From a virus: a DNA stretch of 64,000 nucleotides. This document shows, piece after piece, positions 1-9,561 of this stretch. Under the pieces are notes generated by a model that saw only the letters and a list, made by a program, of their open reading frames with translations, was not told where the DNA came from and searched no databases. The translations under genes and the position numbers were made by a program. The DNA lies in IMG/VR virus record IMGVR_UViG_3300043539_001475, positions 37,211 through 101,210 of that record, one strand, 5' to 3'. Each line of letters opens with the position of its first letter. Positions within the stretch are counted from its first letter, which is position 1.

Positions 1-1
1 G

Positions 2-409
2 GCTAATGAAGTAGGAGACAAGATTGCAGGTAGTATGGTAGCAAAAGAGAAAATGAAAAAAGGTGGTGATTTTCCAGATTACGGAGAAACAGTAGATGCA
101 AAAGACATTGATTACGATATGAAAAGTTATTTTAATAGGACTAATAAAAAATTAGTGATAACTACTAAAGATAACAAGAAATCGAATGGTTCAGTTACCA
201 AATTCTACAATGATTTAATATTTGTGACAAAAGAAAAACACGATATTCCATTAAAAGATATTCGAAATGTAAAAATTTTGGAAGAAAAAATGGCTAAAGG
301 TGGTGTGACTAATAGAGGTGGTATTATGCTATTAGCTAAACAGATACGAAAAGAAAACGAAAGTTGGAAAGACGCATTAAAGAGAGCTGGAGAGCAATTG
401 AGAAAGTAG
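2..409 (+). CDS. 3' end of a longer protein with M-x-K-G-G motifs (5'-partial)
   Basis: Frame is open from position 2, upstream of the ATG at 35; KMKKGG and KMAKGG motifs; followed by a terminator. Confidence 0.7.
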   Translation, partial: ANEVGDKIAGSMVAKEKMKKGGDFPDYGETVDAKDIDYDMKSYFNRTNKKLVITTKDNKKSNGSVTKFYNDLIFVTKEKHDIPLKDIRNVKILEEKMAKGGVTNRGGIMLLAKQIRKENESWKDALKRAGEQLRK

Positions 410-430
410 TTTTCACGATGTAATCTCAAT

Positions 431-466
431 AAAAAAAGGGCGGTATTAATTTACCACCCTTTTTTT
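431..466. terminator. Intrinsic, probably bidirectional terminator
   Basis: A-run, AGGGCGGTA/TACCACCCT stem, T-run. Confidence 0.8.
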
Positions 467-499
467 ATACATATAAAATAAAATAATAAAAACCTAATC

Positions 500-534
500 T
501 AAATGCCTTGATATTTAATAAATTATTATATTTG
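500..534 (+). promoter_or_regulatory. Bacteroidota-type promoter with upstream TAAATGCCTTGATA box
   Basis: TATATTTG (-7 element) at 527-534; CTTG at 507-510. Confidence 0.55.
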
Positions 535-566
535 CTAATTATATAAACTTTAAAAATAAAATTACT

Positions 567-1091
567 ATGGAAAAAATTAATGAATTACTAGGAAAATTAG
601 AAAACAGAGTTACTCCTGCAATTGCAAAAAGATTGAAAGGATATGAGGGGTTGAATCAAAAGGTTGCTTTAGCCGAAGCAGAACATTTAGAAAATCCAAC
701 TGACGAGTCAGAGGAATCATTAAACGATATTAAAGAATACGTTTCTGAAGTGTTAGATGATTTGATTGAAGATTTGGAAAATTTAGTAGAGGTTAAAAAT
801 AAAAAATCAGAGGAAAAAGCTGAACAACAAAAAGCTGAACAACAAAAAGCTGAACAACAAAAAGCTGAACAACAAAAAGCTGAAGCAGAAAAAGCTGAAG
901 CAGAAAAAGCTAAAGAGGAAAAAGCTCCCGTATCAGTAGAGCCGATAAAAGTAGTAGAAAAAGCAGAAGAGACCAAAACAGAAATTGTTAAGGAAAAGAA
1001 AAGTGGTCTTGGCGTGGTTGGACTAGTAATAGGTGTCGCTTTACTTATTGGTTCTGTCGGAGCATTTAATATAATGAAAACTAATAGATAG
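567..1091 (+). CDS. Acidic coiled protein with (KAEQQ)4 repeat and C-terminal TM helix
   Basis: ORF; 15-bp coding repeat; GLGVVGLVIGVALLIGSVGAF hydrophobic tail. Confidence 0.8.
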   Translation: MEKINELLGKLENRVTPAIAKRLKGYEGLNQKVALAEAEHLENPTDESEESLNDIKEYVSEVLDDLIEDLENLVEVKNKKSEEKAEQQKAEQQKAEQQKAEQQKAEAEKAEAEKAKEEKAPVSVEPIKVVEKAEETKTEIVKEKKSGLGVVGLVIGVALLIGSVGAFNIMKTNR

Positions 1092-1258
1092 TGGATACTA
1101 AAAAGAAAATAATTTTAGGTGTTGTTTTTGTCGTAGTCGCAATAGGCGGATTTGCGCTTACTAAATACCTTACAAGGAATACAAAGCGTTATAAATATAA
1201 TACAATAATACTACCAAAGGAAGACATTAAACCAATGTCATCCGAAGATGTACAATAA
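1091..1258 (+). CDS. 55-aa N-terminal TM protein (not in ORF track)
   Basis: GTG start overlapping previous stop; MDTKKKIILGVVFVVVAIGGFALTKY. Confidence 0.7.
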   Translation: MDTKKKIILGVVFVVVAIGGFALTKYLTRNTKRYKYNTIILPKEDIKPMSSEDVQ

Positions 1259-1263
1259 AAAAT

Positions 1264-1977
1264 ATGGAAAAATTTACAAAATTAGACGATTTTAATATTT
1301 CTGATTTACCGTATAGATTTGTATTTGGTAAAGAAGACTACTCTTTACCTAATGTTAAACAAGCTAACGTAAAAACTCTTATTGATATAAAGACTAATTA
1401 TGGAAAATCCATAGAAAAGTGGTCTAATGTATTTGAGTTAGGTATTCCGATGTTATCTTCTTTTATAGCAGTGGAAAGCTCTGGTAAAATGGTAGGCAAA
1501 AATCAAGCAGGTGCAATAGGATTAACACAAGTTACTTCGGTATTAATTAGGGAATCTATTTCTAAATTTAAAATAATTACAAACGTAAATCTACCTCAGA
1601 TAGCGGAGTCGTCAATAAAACTAAAAGCACCTTTTTTATTATCCCTTACCCCAAATAACCAAAGTCTGTCTGCCTCAGAAACTTCTAAATTAGAGGCTCT
1701 ATTAAAATCAGATAGTGATTTTAATATTCTCATGGGTGCGTTAGGTTTAAGATGGGGGTTAGAAATTACAAAAGCATTAGGGAAGACTTATTTGCAAAAA
1801 GGAATAATTGCTTATAACCAAAGCGCTTATGGTGATATTTCTAGGTATAAAAATAAATATGTAAAAACAATAACCTTGTTTAAAGATAGAGGAATACCTA
1901 AAGAAACTAGAAATTATCTAGTTAAAATTTTAGGCATAGACGGATTCTTAGAGCTATATGCAAAGGAAAATATATAA
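1264..1977 (+). CDS. Lytic transglycosylase (SLT/GH23-like)
   Basis: VESSG catalytic Glu, GAIGLTQV, AYN and ETRNY motifs. Confidence 0.8.
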   Translation: MEKFTKLDDFNISDLPYRFVFGKEDYSLPNVKQANVKTLIDIKTNYGKSIEKWSNVFELGIPMLSSFIAVESSGKMVGKNQAGAIGLTQVTSVLIRESISKFKIITNVNLPQIAESSIKLKAPFLLSLTPNNQSLSASETSKLEALLKSDSDFNILMGALGLRWGLEITKALGKTYLQKGIIAYNQSAYGDISRYKNKYVKTITLFKDRGIPKETRNYLVKILGIDGFLELYAKENI

Positions 1978-1983
1978 AAAAAA

Positions 1984-4323
1984 ATGGTTCAATTTCTGAT
2001 TGTAAGTGGAAGCTTAAAAATAATTGACGGTACTAAAACTGTTGTTTTTATCGCCAAAAAGGATGTGTTTGCTATTAGCCAATCTCTTTATCAAGAAGTT
2101 CCAATTGCTGAAATTTACAACTTAAATATAGGCTATTTAGGATTAGTTTTCACTAGAAAGCTATCTGAATGTTTAGACCCAAATGGAGATGTTTTTACGG
2201 TAGATTCTTTTATAGTATTCGTAGAGACTTATCTGGGTTTTAATTCGGGCGGAATCCCTCAAACTATAAATCTTCAAGAAGTAACGGATAACGGTAATAC
2301 TACTACTAATTCAATAGAAGCAAACTCATTTATAAAAACTGGCGGTACTTCTTCTGAGATATTAATGGCAGACGGCTCTATTGTTACTGCTGGTGCAAAT
2401 ATTAGTATAAGTGGAGGTTTAATATCATCAAGTGGTGGAGGAGGTGCAGGAGGTAGTTCAGTTAATTTTTACTTGAACGGAAGTGTACCAAGTAGCGTAG
2501 CTACTTATTACCAAATAAGCACAACTCCAATTTTGGGAGCAGGAACAAATTTCACTAAAACGGGTAATGGGCTAATTGCCCAATTTTTAACGGATATTGG
2601 GAGTCCAAATAGATTAGATATTCCATCAGGAGCTTGGAACTTTGAAATGTTTTTCAATATGTCATCAAATGGAGGTACTCCTAAATTTTATATAGATTTG
2701 TTGACGTATGACGGAAGTACATTTACAACAATATCTAGTGGTATTTTAAATCCAGAATTTATAAGTGGAGGAACGACAGTTGATTTATATTTAACTTCAT
2801 TAGCAGTGCCACAAACAACTATATCAGCAACCGATAGATTTGCAGTTAGGGTATATATAGTTAATAATTCAGGCGAAAGAACAGCTACACTGCATACTGA
2901 GAACGGCAATCTTTGTGAAATCATTACTACTTTATCTTATGGGATAACTTCTTTAAATGGTCTAACTGTCAATTCGCAGAATTTTGTCACTAGTACAAGC
3001 GGAACTGATTTTAATATAGTTTCAAGTGGAAATACGCATAAATTTGATATGCCTAGTGCAAGCACATCAGCAAGAGGACTTGTTACGGTAAATAACCAAT
3101 CATTTTCAGGACTAAAAACCTTTACGGATAATATTATAGTAAATACAATTAGAGTATGGAGAGGTGATAATAATTCTGCCACTAATATAGGAATTGGTTT
3201 AGATACATTAATTGGTAGTACGGGAAATCAAAATACAGCTATTGGTTATCAAGCATCATCTTCTTTACTATCAGCTAGTAGTTTTGCTACAGCACTTGGC
3301 TATCAAGCCCTAAAAAACATTTTAGGAAATAACAATACTGGAATTGGACATAGCGCAGGCTCATTAATTACTAATGGTTTTCAGAATACATTTATTGGGG
3401 CGCTATCAGGCGCTGTTATTGGGCAATTAATATCTGCTCAAAATAGTACTGCCATAGGTTATAATGCGTTTACAACTAAAAATAATCAAGTTGTTTTAGG
3501 TAATGCACTTGTCACTGAAACTGTATTGCGTGGAAAAATTGATTTAGATAGTGTACCAACAACAAGTGCAGGAACGTATGATATTTTAACAAGAAATATA
3601 TCTACTGGAATTATTGAAAAAATACTGTCAAGTAGTTTACAAATAACATTATCTGCTATTGGTTCAAATCCTAATGAAAATGGGTCTACAATAACTGGTA
3701 CGGTATTAAATTTACAACCCGCAAATGCTTCATTTGGAGGTGTAATCACAACGGGTACACAAACTATTGCAGGAGCAAAAACATTATCTACTGCACCGAA
3801 GCTAAGTTCATTGACTGCTTCTGAAATATTGGCTTTGGACGCTAGTAATAACATTCAATCTTTGGCAGTAGCTACATATCCAAATTTAACTGAATTAAGT
3901 TATGTGAAAGGAGTTACAAGTGCTGTTCAGACACAAATTGATGGGAAATTAACATCTCCAACTTTCATAGATTATTCTGCAACATCTACAGTAGTAGGTT
4001 GGACAACATTCACACAAAAAACAATAAGATATTCGGTAATTGGAAAATTATTGATTGTAGAATACTTTATTAGTGGTATATCTAATGCTACAACAACATC
4101 TTTCACATTACCACTAGCTTCTGCTACTGTAAGTGGTATGATTTGGGCAAATAACAATCAAACACAAAATAATGCAGTCAGTTATATGGGTTATTCAAAT
4201 GTTCTTTCAAATAGTTCAACTGCTACATTTGGTTATTATCCAACTGGCTCAACTATTACTGCAACTTGGACTGCAGGTGGAACAAAGACTATAAGGGGCT
4301 TATTAACAATAGAAATAGCATAA
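1984..4323 (+). CDS. Fibre/spike-like protein with N-terminal 86-aa 'LGF' domain
   Basis: TLQEVTDNGNTTT-type and NTAIG beta-helix repeats; Gly/Ser/Thr-rich; N-terminus homologous to 37436, 37706 and 40009. Confidence 0.7.
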   Translation: MVQFLIVSGSLKIIDGTKTVVFIAKKDVFAISQSLYQEVPIAEIYNLNIGYLGLVFTRKLSECLDPNGDVFTVDSFIVFVETYLGFNSGGIPQTINLQEVTDNGNTTTNSIEANSFIKTGGTSSEILMADGSIVTAGANISISGGLISSSGGGGAGGSSVNFYLNGSVPSSVATYYQISTTPILGAGTNFTKTGNGLIAQFLTDIGSPNRLDIPSGAWNFEMFFNMSSNGGTPKFYIDLLTYDGSTFTTISSGILNPEFISGGTTVDLYLTSLAVPQTTISATDRFAVRVYIVNNSGERTATLHTENGNLCEIITTLSYGITSLNGLTVNSQNFVTSTSGTDFNIVSSGNTHKFDMPSASTSARGLVTVNNQSFSGLKTFTDNIIVNTIRVWRGDNNSATNIGIGLDTLIGSTGNQNTAIGYQASSSLLSASSFATALGYQALKNILGNNNTGIGHSAGSLITNGFQNTFIGALSGAVIGQLISAQNSTAIGYNAFTTKNNQVVLGNALVTETVLRGKIDLDSVPTTSAGTYDILTRNISTGIIEKILSSSLQITLSAIGSNPNENGSTITGTVLNLQPANASFGGVITTGTQTIAGAKTLSTAPKLSSLTASEILALDASNNIQSLAVATYPNLTELSYVKGVTSAVQTQIDGKLTSPTFIDYSATSTVVGWTTFTQKTIRYSVIGKLLIVEYFISGISNATTTSFTLPLASATVSGMIWANNNQTQNNAVSYMGYSNVLSNSSTATFGYYPTGSTITATWTAGGTKTIRGLLTIEIA

Positions 4324-4325
4324 TT

Positions 4326-4646
4326 ATGAACTACTATAGATATAACGAAAATTTTGAATATATAGGGGTAACAGAAACGGAACCTACTGATTCTTTATGG
4401 ACTAATACCGACTATATTGATTCATTTATTAAACCAATGTTTATTAACGGTTCTTGGATTGAAGGGGCTTCTATTGAAGAGTTAGCAGAAGCAAAAATCG
4501 AAGAAAACAAACAAAAGGATTTTGCTTGTTACAATGAACTTTTGAAAACTGATTGGTATTTTATTAGGAAGCAAGATATTGGGGCAGAAATTCCTCAATA
4601 CATAATTGACGAGCGAAATGCAATAAGACAAAAATACGCATACTAA
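4326..4646 (+). CDS. Fibre assembly chaperone-like protein
   Basis: Directly follows the fibre gene; L..TDWY..RK..IG..IP..I...R motif; ATG at 4326 preferred. Confidence 0.55.
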   Translation: MNYYRYNENFEYIGVTETEPTDSLWTNTDYIDSFIKPMFINGSWIEGASIEELAEAKIEENKQKDFACYNELLKTDWYFIRKQDIGAEIPQYIIDERNAIRQKYAY

Positions 4647-4699
4647 TTTAGATAAAATAAATAATAAACAGGTATAATACCTTAATGGCAGAATAAAAA

Positions 4700-4993
4700 A
4701 TGGCTTATAAAATATTACCATATTCCTTTCTACAAGCAATAAAGCTTAATGTAACAATTAAGCCTTCAACTAATATTTTTAAAAAAATTGATGTTTTCAA
4801 GAAGGGTAATAAAGTCGCTAGTATAGGTGCAAGGGGAATGAATGATTACCCTACTTACATGGAAAAAGAAAAAAAAGGATACTACGAAAAGGGGTATGCA
4901 AGTAAAAGACGAAAATTGTATAAAGAAAGACACGAGAAAGACCGACACGTTATTGGAAGTGCTGGATATTATGCAGATAAAATATTATGGTAA
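4700..4993 (+). CDS. DUF5754-like small basic protein
   Basis: KKIDVF, IGARGMNDY, RRKLYKERH, AGYYADKILW motifs. Confidence 0.6.
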   Translation: MAYKILPYSFLQAIKLNVTIKPSTNIFKKIDVFKKGNKVASIGARGMNDYPTYMEKEKKGYYEKGYASKRRKLYKERHEKDRHVIGSAGYYADKILW

Positions 4994-5659
4994 ATGGCAG
5001 ATTATAAAAACATCGTTAGCTTTATAAAAGCAAGAGAGGGCGGTTTAAGTTCCGCCACAACAGATACGGCAAGTAGAAATTCTTCTAACTGTGGAAATGG
5101 CAGTAATATGAAACCTTATCATACAAACAAAGGAGTTACTTGGACAACTTTTACTTCTTTAGCAAGCAAATTAGGTTACAGTGCAACTTGCTCTAATTTC
5201 ATGGCAATGCCAGATAGTATATGGTTGAAAATTTATAGAAGCTCTTATTGGAATCCAATGATGGGAGATAAAATTAAAAATCAGGCTGTTGCAAATGTTT
5301 TTGTGGAAATGGCATGGGGTTCTGGAGTGGGCGGTGCGACAAATGCTTTAAAGAAATTTTTCATTTCTAATTACAATAAAAGCTTTGTGGATGTTAGTGA
5401 AATGGTTAAGTATGTAAATGAGTTAGATTCAGAAGGCAAAAGCTCTGATTTATTTGAAAAATTAAATACTTATAGAAAATCTTTTTATAAAAGTCTTGGT
5501 CAGCCAGCAAATCTTACGGGATGGATAAATAGGTTAAACGCTTTCTATATTGTTAATAAACCTTATGCAATTAGCAAAAAAGAAAAAAAAATCGGAATTT
5601 TGGCAATATTATTAGTTATTATAGGAGGGTTATATTTATATAAAAAATTAAAGAAATAG
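4994..5659 (+). CDS. GH108-like muramidase with C-terminal TM anchor
   Basis: REGG, TNKGVT and GWINR motifs; hydrophobic tail followed by KK. Confidence 0.75.
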   Translation: MADYKNIVSFIKAREGGLSSATTDTASRNSSNCGNGSNMKPYHTNKGVTWTTFTSLASKLGYSATCSNFMAMPDSIWLKIYRSSYWNPMMGDKIKNQAVANVFVEMAWGSGVGGATNALKKFFISNYNKSFVDVSEMVKYVNELDSEGKSSDLFEKLNTYRKSFYKSLGQPANLTGWINRLNAFYIVNKPYAISKKEKKIGILAILLVIIGGLYLYKKLKK

Positions 5660-5661
5660 TT

Positions 5662-5829
5662 ATGTTAGAAAAAAAACAACAACAGGAAAATATCAAAATA
5701 GAAGTAGAGTCACAGCTACATAAACATTTATCAACTATATTTGTAGTTGTAGGCATTATGTCATTTAGTTTAGGAATCATTGTTAATTGGTACACAATAA
5801 AGAGATTAAAATCAGGAGGTCAATCGTGA
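5662..5829 (+). CDS. 55-aa TM protein (not in ORF track)
   Basis: ATG..TGA; IFVVVGIMSFSLGIIVNWY. Confidence 0.65.
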   Translation: MLEKKQQQENIKIEVESQLHKHLSTIFVVVGIMSFSLGIIVNWYTIKRLKSGGQS

Positions 5830-6233
5830 AAATAGATGGCAAAATAATTGATTCTAAAGGCGAAGCATTAGCATTAGCTAGCGTTACTATTCAAGATGGT
5901 ACTCGTGCTAAAAAACTAGGAGTTTCAGCAGACTTGGACGGTAATTTCACTCTAGAAAATGAAATCATAGAGCCAGATTCTGTCTTTATGATTAGCTATA
6001 TAGGGTATGAACCAAAGTTGCTTAAAGCAAGCGAGTTAAATGGTAAAACTGTAAAGTTATTAGAATCATTAGAGGAATTACCAGAATTAACAATAATTGG
6101 CAGACCTAAACCAAATATACCAATAGTGGAAAAAGTAGATTTTAAAAAAAAATCAGTAAAAAACAATCAAGTTTACGCAGGATTAGGTGTGTTAGCAGGA
6201 ATATTGTTAATTATAAAATCAGTAAAAAAATAA
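5826..6233 (+). CDS. CarboxypepD_reg-like beta-sandwich protein with C-terminal TM
   Basis: I.G.I.D..GE.L..ASV, DLDGNF.L and SYIGY motifs typical of Bacteroidota SusC N-terminal domains; GTG start at 5826 preferred. Confidence 0.75.
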   Translation: MKIDGKIIDSKGEALALASVTIQDGTRAKKLGVSADLDGNFTLENEIIEPDSVFMISYIGYEPKLLKASELNGKTVKLLESLEELPELTIIGRPKPNIPIVEKVDFKKKSVKNNQVYAGLGVLAGILLIIKSVKK

Positions 6234-6242
6234 ATAAATAAA

Positions 6243-6593
6243 ATGGAAGGACAAGCACCAGATTTAATGGTAGAAACAATAGTTGCACCATCACCAATAG
6301 CATTAGCTACAACAGTAGCACCAGTAGCACAAGTGACGACACAAGCCCCACAAAATTATGAGGATGGCGGAGTGTTTGAGGGAAGGACAAAATCAAAGTG
6401 GAAAATGGTTGATATTTTTATTATGTCGCTTTGGATTATAGCACCTATTTACATTATTATGTACAATAGAAAAGCAATCAAAAAATTAGACGAACAGCCA
6501 ACTGTCGAAGAGTTTGAAACAATGGTTGGAGATATAGAAGAAGTGAGATATAATCTCAAAAAAGAACTTGGCGATAAATATAAAAATATATAA
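6243..6593 (+). CDS. Membrane protein
   Basis: Internal TM IFIMSLWIIAPIYIIMY; YEDGG motif. Confidence 0.7.
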   Translation: MEGQAPDLMVETIVAPSPIALATTVAPVAQVTTQAPQNYEDGGVFEGRTKSKWKMVDIFIMSLWIIAPIYIIMYNRKAIKKLDEQPTVEEFETMVGDIEEVRYNLKKELGDKYKNI

Positions 6594-6596
6594 ATT

Positions 6597-7202
6597 GTGA
6601 GTAAAATAGCAGTAGATAACGAAAGCATATTTAGTGGAGGTATTGGCGTTCAACTGAATAAAATATTATTAGATTATAATAAAATTACAGAACAAGATTT
6701 AATACAGTTAGAAAAAATTAAAAAACAAAAAATTATTTTAACAAAGGATTTTGTAAATTATAAAGTAGGAGATATTTTGGAAGTTAAATTCTTTCCTAAT
6801 TTATTAAGGAGCGAACCGCCAAGTTTTTTAGTGATAGATGAAAAATTAGGTTCTCCTAAATATGGATTTGGAGGTAGAGGTTCTACTCCTTTTTATGAGA
6901 TTTATAAAGAAAAAGAAAAAGAAAAAATAGCAGATGTAAATTCAAGTCCACAACCAAAGGTGATGCCACAACCAAAGGTGATACCACTGATGTGGCTACC
7001 AGCACCAATAACTGAAGCAGTAAAGCAACAAAATTTAAAAATGCGAGATACTTTAACCGCAGAAGATAAGTTTTACGAAAAATTAGGTATAAAATACCAT
7101 AATACGCACATGTTTGGTCGCCCTTCAAGAAGAAAAGGCAGACTTTTGGTAGCACTAGCTTTAGTAGCAGGATATTTCGCATACAAAAAATTTAAAAAAT
7201 AA
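6597..7202 (+). CDS. C-terminal TM protein
   Basis: Ends LLVALALVAGYFAYKKFKK; shares F.KDF/Y..K.G segment and tail with 7225. Confidence 0.75.
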   Translation: MSKIAVDNESIFSGGIGVQLNKILLDYNKITEQDLIQLEKIKKQKIILTKDFVNYKVGDILEVKFFPNLLRSEPPSFLVIDEKLGSPKYGFGGRGSTPFYEIYKEKEKEKIADVNSSPQPKVMPQPKVIPLMWLPAPITEAVKQQNLKMRDTLTAEDKFYEKLGIKYHNTHMFGRPSRRKGRLLVALALVAGYFAYKKFKK

Positions 7203-7224
7203 AAAAAATTTAAAAATTAAGATT

Positions 7225-7701
7225 ATGAAAATACAATTTATAAAAGATTATACATTAACGGTTGATAATCCGTCTTGCAAAAATGGAATGATAGGTTGTC
7301 AACCAAGTACAACGACAAACTTTAAATTAGGTCAAATTGTTTCGGGTGGAATTAGAGGAGGAAGTTTAGATAGTAAAAATTTCTATATTGATTATGGTAA
7401 TTATACTAATGCAATTCCTCTTGAGTATCTCAAAGTATTAAATGATGACGGAACTCCTTACGGGAATCCAAATAACATGGGCAATAACCAAACAAACCAA
7501 GTTGCACCAAAAAAATTATTTCCTACTACACAAAATACAATTAAAACAATTCAACCAATATCTGTAATAGACCCTAAACTTGCCCAACAAATTAGCGAAC
7601 AAATGGATAAAGAGGATAAAAAACGAAGACAAATAAAATTTGGAATTGTGTTATTAGCAATAGCATTAGGCTATTTCGCATACAAAAAATTTAAAAATTA
7701 A
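7225..7701 (+). CDS. C-terminal TM protein, paralog of 6597
   Basis: Ends IVLLAIALGYFAYKKFKN. Confidence 0.75.
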   Translation: MKIQFIKDYTLTVDNPSCKNGMIGCQPSTTTNFKLGQIVSGGIRGGSLDSKNFYIDYGNYTNAIPLEYLKVLNDDGTPYGNPNNMGNNQTNQVAPKKLFPTTQNTIKTIQPISVIDPKLAQQISEQMDKEDKKRRQIKFGIVLLAIALGYFAYKKFKN

Positions 7702-7705
7702 CATT

Positions 7706-7843
7706 ATGGCAAAAGAAATAAATGGGTATTTCAAAGCAATGTTGGAAGCCAAAAAGGAAAAATCATCATCGTTTACTTATAATGGTAAAACTTATGTAGC
7801 TTCAAAAACAAAAACTGGAATGACAGTATATAAGGCTAAATAA
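7706..7843 (+). CDS. 45-aa basic protein (not in ORF track)
   Basis: MAKEINGYFKAMLEAKKEKSSSFTYNGKTYVASKTKTGMTVYKAK; fills the intergenic gap. Confidence 0.7.
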   Translation: MAKEINGYFKAMLEAKKEKSSSFTYNGKTYVASKTKTGMTVYKAK

Positions 7844-7855
7844 ATTATTTATTAG

Positions 7856-8452
7856 ATGGCAACTTTAACAAAATCAGATTACGATAAGATGACTAATGAA
7901 CAATTAGTTGCTTATTTAGATAAAGTAGATAAAAGCACATTTAATGGCTATGTAGATGCTGATACAAAAGTGAGATATTTTGTAGATAAGTATGGAGAGG
8001 CTTTTATTAATGCAATAAAGGGTACTGGATTATTTTTAAGTGGAATTATGGCACAATCAATTCTTGAGAGTGGTTATGGAAGGAATTTACCCACTGATAA
8101 AAAAACGGGTGCTTTAAGCAATAATTTTGCAGGAATAAAATACAATCCTAATGTTCACGATGCTTTTGTTGTAATTGACACAAACGAATTTGTAAATGGG
8201 AAAAAAGTCCTTTTTAAAGATGTTAAATTTGCTAAATTTACAAATGCAACAGAGGGTATAAAACAGCATTTTAAAGTTTTACTTGCTGATAGGTATAAAA
8301 AAGCTAGGACTAATGCTAAAAGCCCAGAAGAGCAAGTTAAAATGATAATTGAGGCAGGGTATGCAACAGCAAATCCTACCACATACGTCAATCTTTTAAA
8401 AGGCAATATTGCAAGGATTAGAAAATTACTGCCTTTTGGTAAAATCGAATAA
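7856..8452 (+). CDS. GH73 glucosaminidase / FlgJ-like muramidase
   Basis: AQSILESGYG, NNFAGIK and GYAT..Y motifs. Confidence 0.85.
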   Translation: MATLTKSDYDKMTNEQLVAYLDKVDKSTFNGYVDADTKVRYFVDKYGEAFINAIKGTGLFLSGIMAQSILESGYGRNLPTDKKTGALSNNFAGIKYNPNVHDAFVVIDTNEFVNGKKVLFKDVKFAKFTNATEGIKQHFKVLLADRYKKARTNAKSPEEQVKMIIEAGYATANPTTYVNLLKGNIARIRKLLPFGKIE

Positions 8453-8462
8453 TAATTACAAA

Positions 8463-8618
8463 ATGAAAAAAGCATTATCCTATACATTGTTAGCACTTGG
8501 GCTAGGTTTAGTTTCATATTCTACATTCCTAATTATTAAAAAACTTAGTGATGCAAGAATAGACTCTAGAACTGTTACAGTTGAAGAAGCAATGGAAGAA
8601 TTAAAAAAATCAAGATAA
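8463..8618 (+). CDS. Small N-terminal TM protein
   Basis: MKKALSYTLLALGLGLVSYSTFLII; ATG at 8463 preferred. Confidence 0.7.
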   Translation: MKKALSYTLLALGLGLVSYSTFLIIKKLSDARIDSRTVTVEEAMEELKKSR

Positions 8619-8640
8619 AAAAACCAAAAAAACTAACAAC

Positions 8641-8904
8641 ATGAAAAACGGAGGATTAAGAGCAATTTGCATACCTAAAAAAGATATTTCTAAAATGGGC
8701 TTTGACCCAAAGTATTTTAGCTATTATGTAAATATTACTTATACAGAAAAAAATGAGGTGATAACGCTTAAAAATTGCAAAGCAGTTGAAGACTTAGAAG
8801 ACGAAGAAGAAACTCTTTATTTTTCAGAAGGGAATAACACCATATTGCTAATTAGAGCTTCTGATAACCCAAAGGCTATAATTAAAAAAGTATTTTTAAA
8901 TTAA
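8641..8904 (+). CDS. Hypothetical protein
   Basis: ORF in tight operon. Confidence 0.65.
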   Translation: MKNGGLRAICIPKKDISKMGFDPKYFSYYVNITYTEKNEVITLKNCKAVEDLEDEEETLYFSEGNNTILLIRASDNPKAIIKKVFLN

Positions 8905-8916
8905 AAAAATCTAAAT

Positions 8917-9561
8917 ATGGAACTTAACAATGTAACCTATGGAAATCCAACAATCGAACAAAAGCAATCAATAGAAGCAAAATGTTTGGTTGATGACTTA
9001 TTTGAAAAAATAAAAGAAAATATTTGTCCTTTCAATGATTCTGAAATGGTCAAAGACGAGCTTAACGAAATAGTCGATTCTCTTAAATCTATGGAAGATG
9101 AAGAAAATACTATTTATTTAAAAAGGTATAGAGCTTATGATAGGAATTTATTACAAGTAATAATTACCTTATTTAAGCAAAAATCAATAGATGTAGAAGC
9201 TCTTTCTAAAGAAATAGTAGAAGATATAGAAAACCTTATTTTTAAGCTGAAATACCACTACAATAGACCTAGACCAAATCAATTGGCTAACTATTATAAG
9301 CTAAGGCTATTTCCATACAAAAGCTTCTCTGATGATACACCATCATTCCCATCAGGACATACAGTTCAGGCGTATGTTATTCTAAATGTAATTGCTAACA
9401 AATATCCAATCCATTATACTTACTGTAAAGAAATTATTGATGACATAGCTTACAGTAGAATATACATGGGATTACACTATCCTTCAGATAATGATTTTGG
9501 AAAATTAGTCGGAAAAGAAATTTTAAAACATAAAGCGTTTACCGAAAAATACGAGATATAA
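8917..9561 (+). CDS. PAP2 / acid phosphatase-haloperoxidase superfamily protein
   Basis: K...NRPRP, PSFPSGH and SR..MGLHYPSD motifs. Confidence 0.85.
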   Translation: MELNNVTYGNPTIEQKQSIEAKCLVDDLFEKIKENICPFNDSEMVKDELNEIVDSLKSMEDEENTIYLKRYRAYDRNLLQVIITLFKQKSIDVEALSKEIVEDIENLIFKLKYHYNRPRPNQLANYYKLRLFPYKSFSDDTPSFPSGHTVQAYVILNVIANKYPIHYTYCKEIIDDIAYSRIYMGLHYPSDNDFGKLVGKEILKHKAFTEKYEI

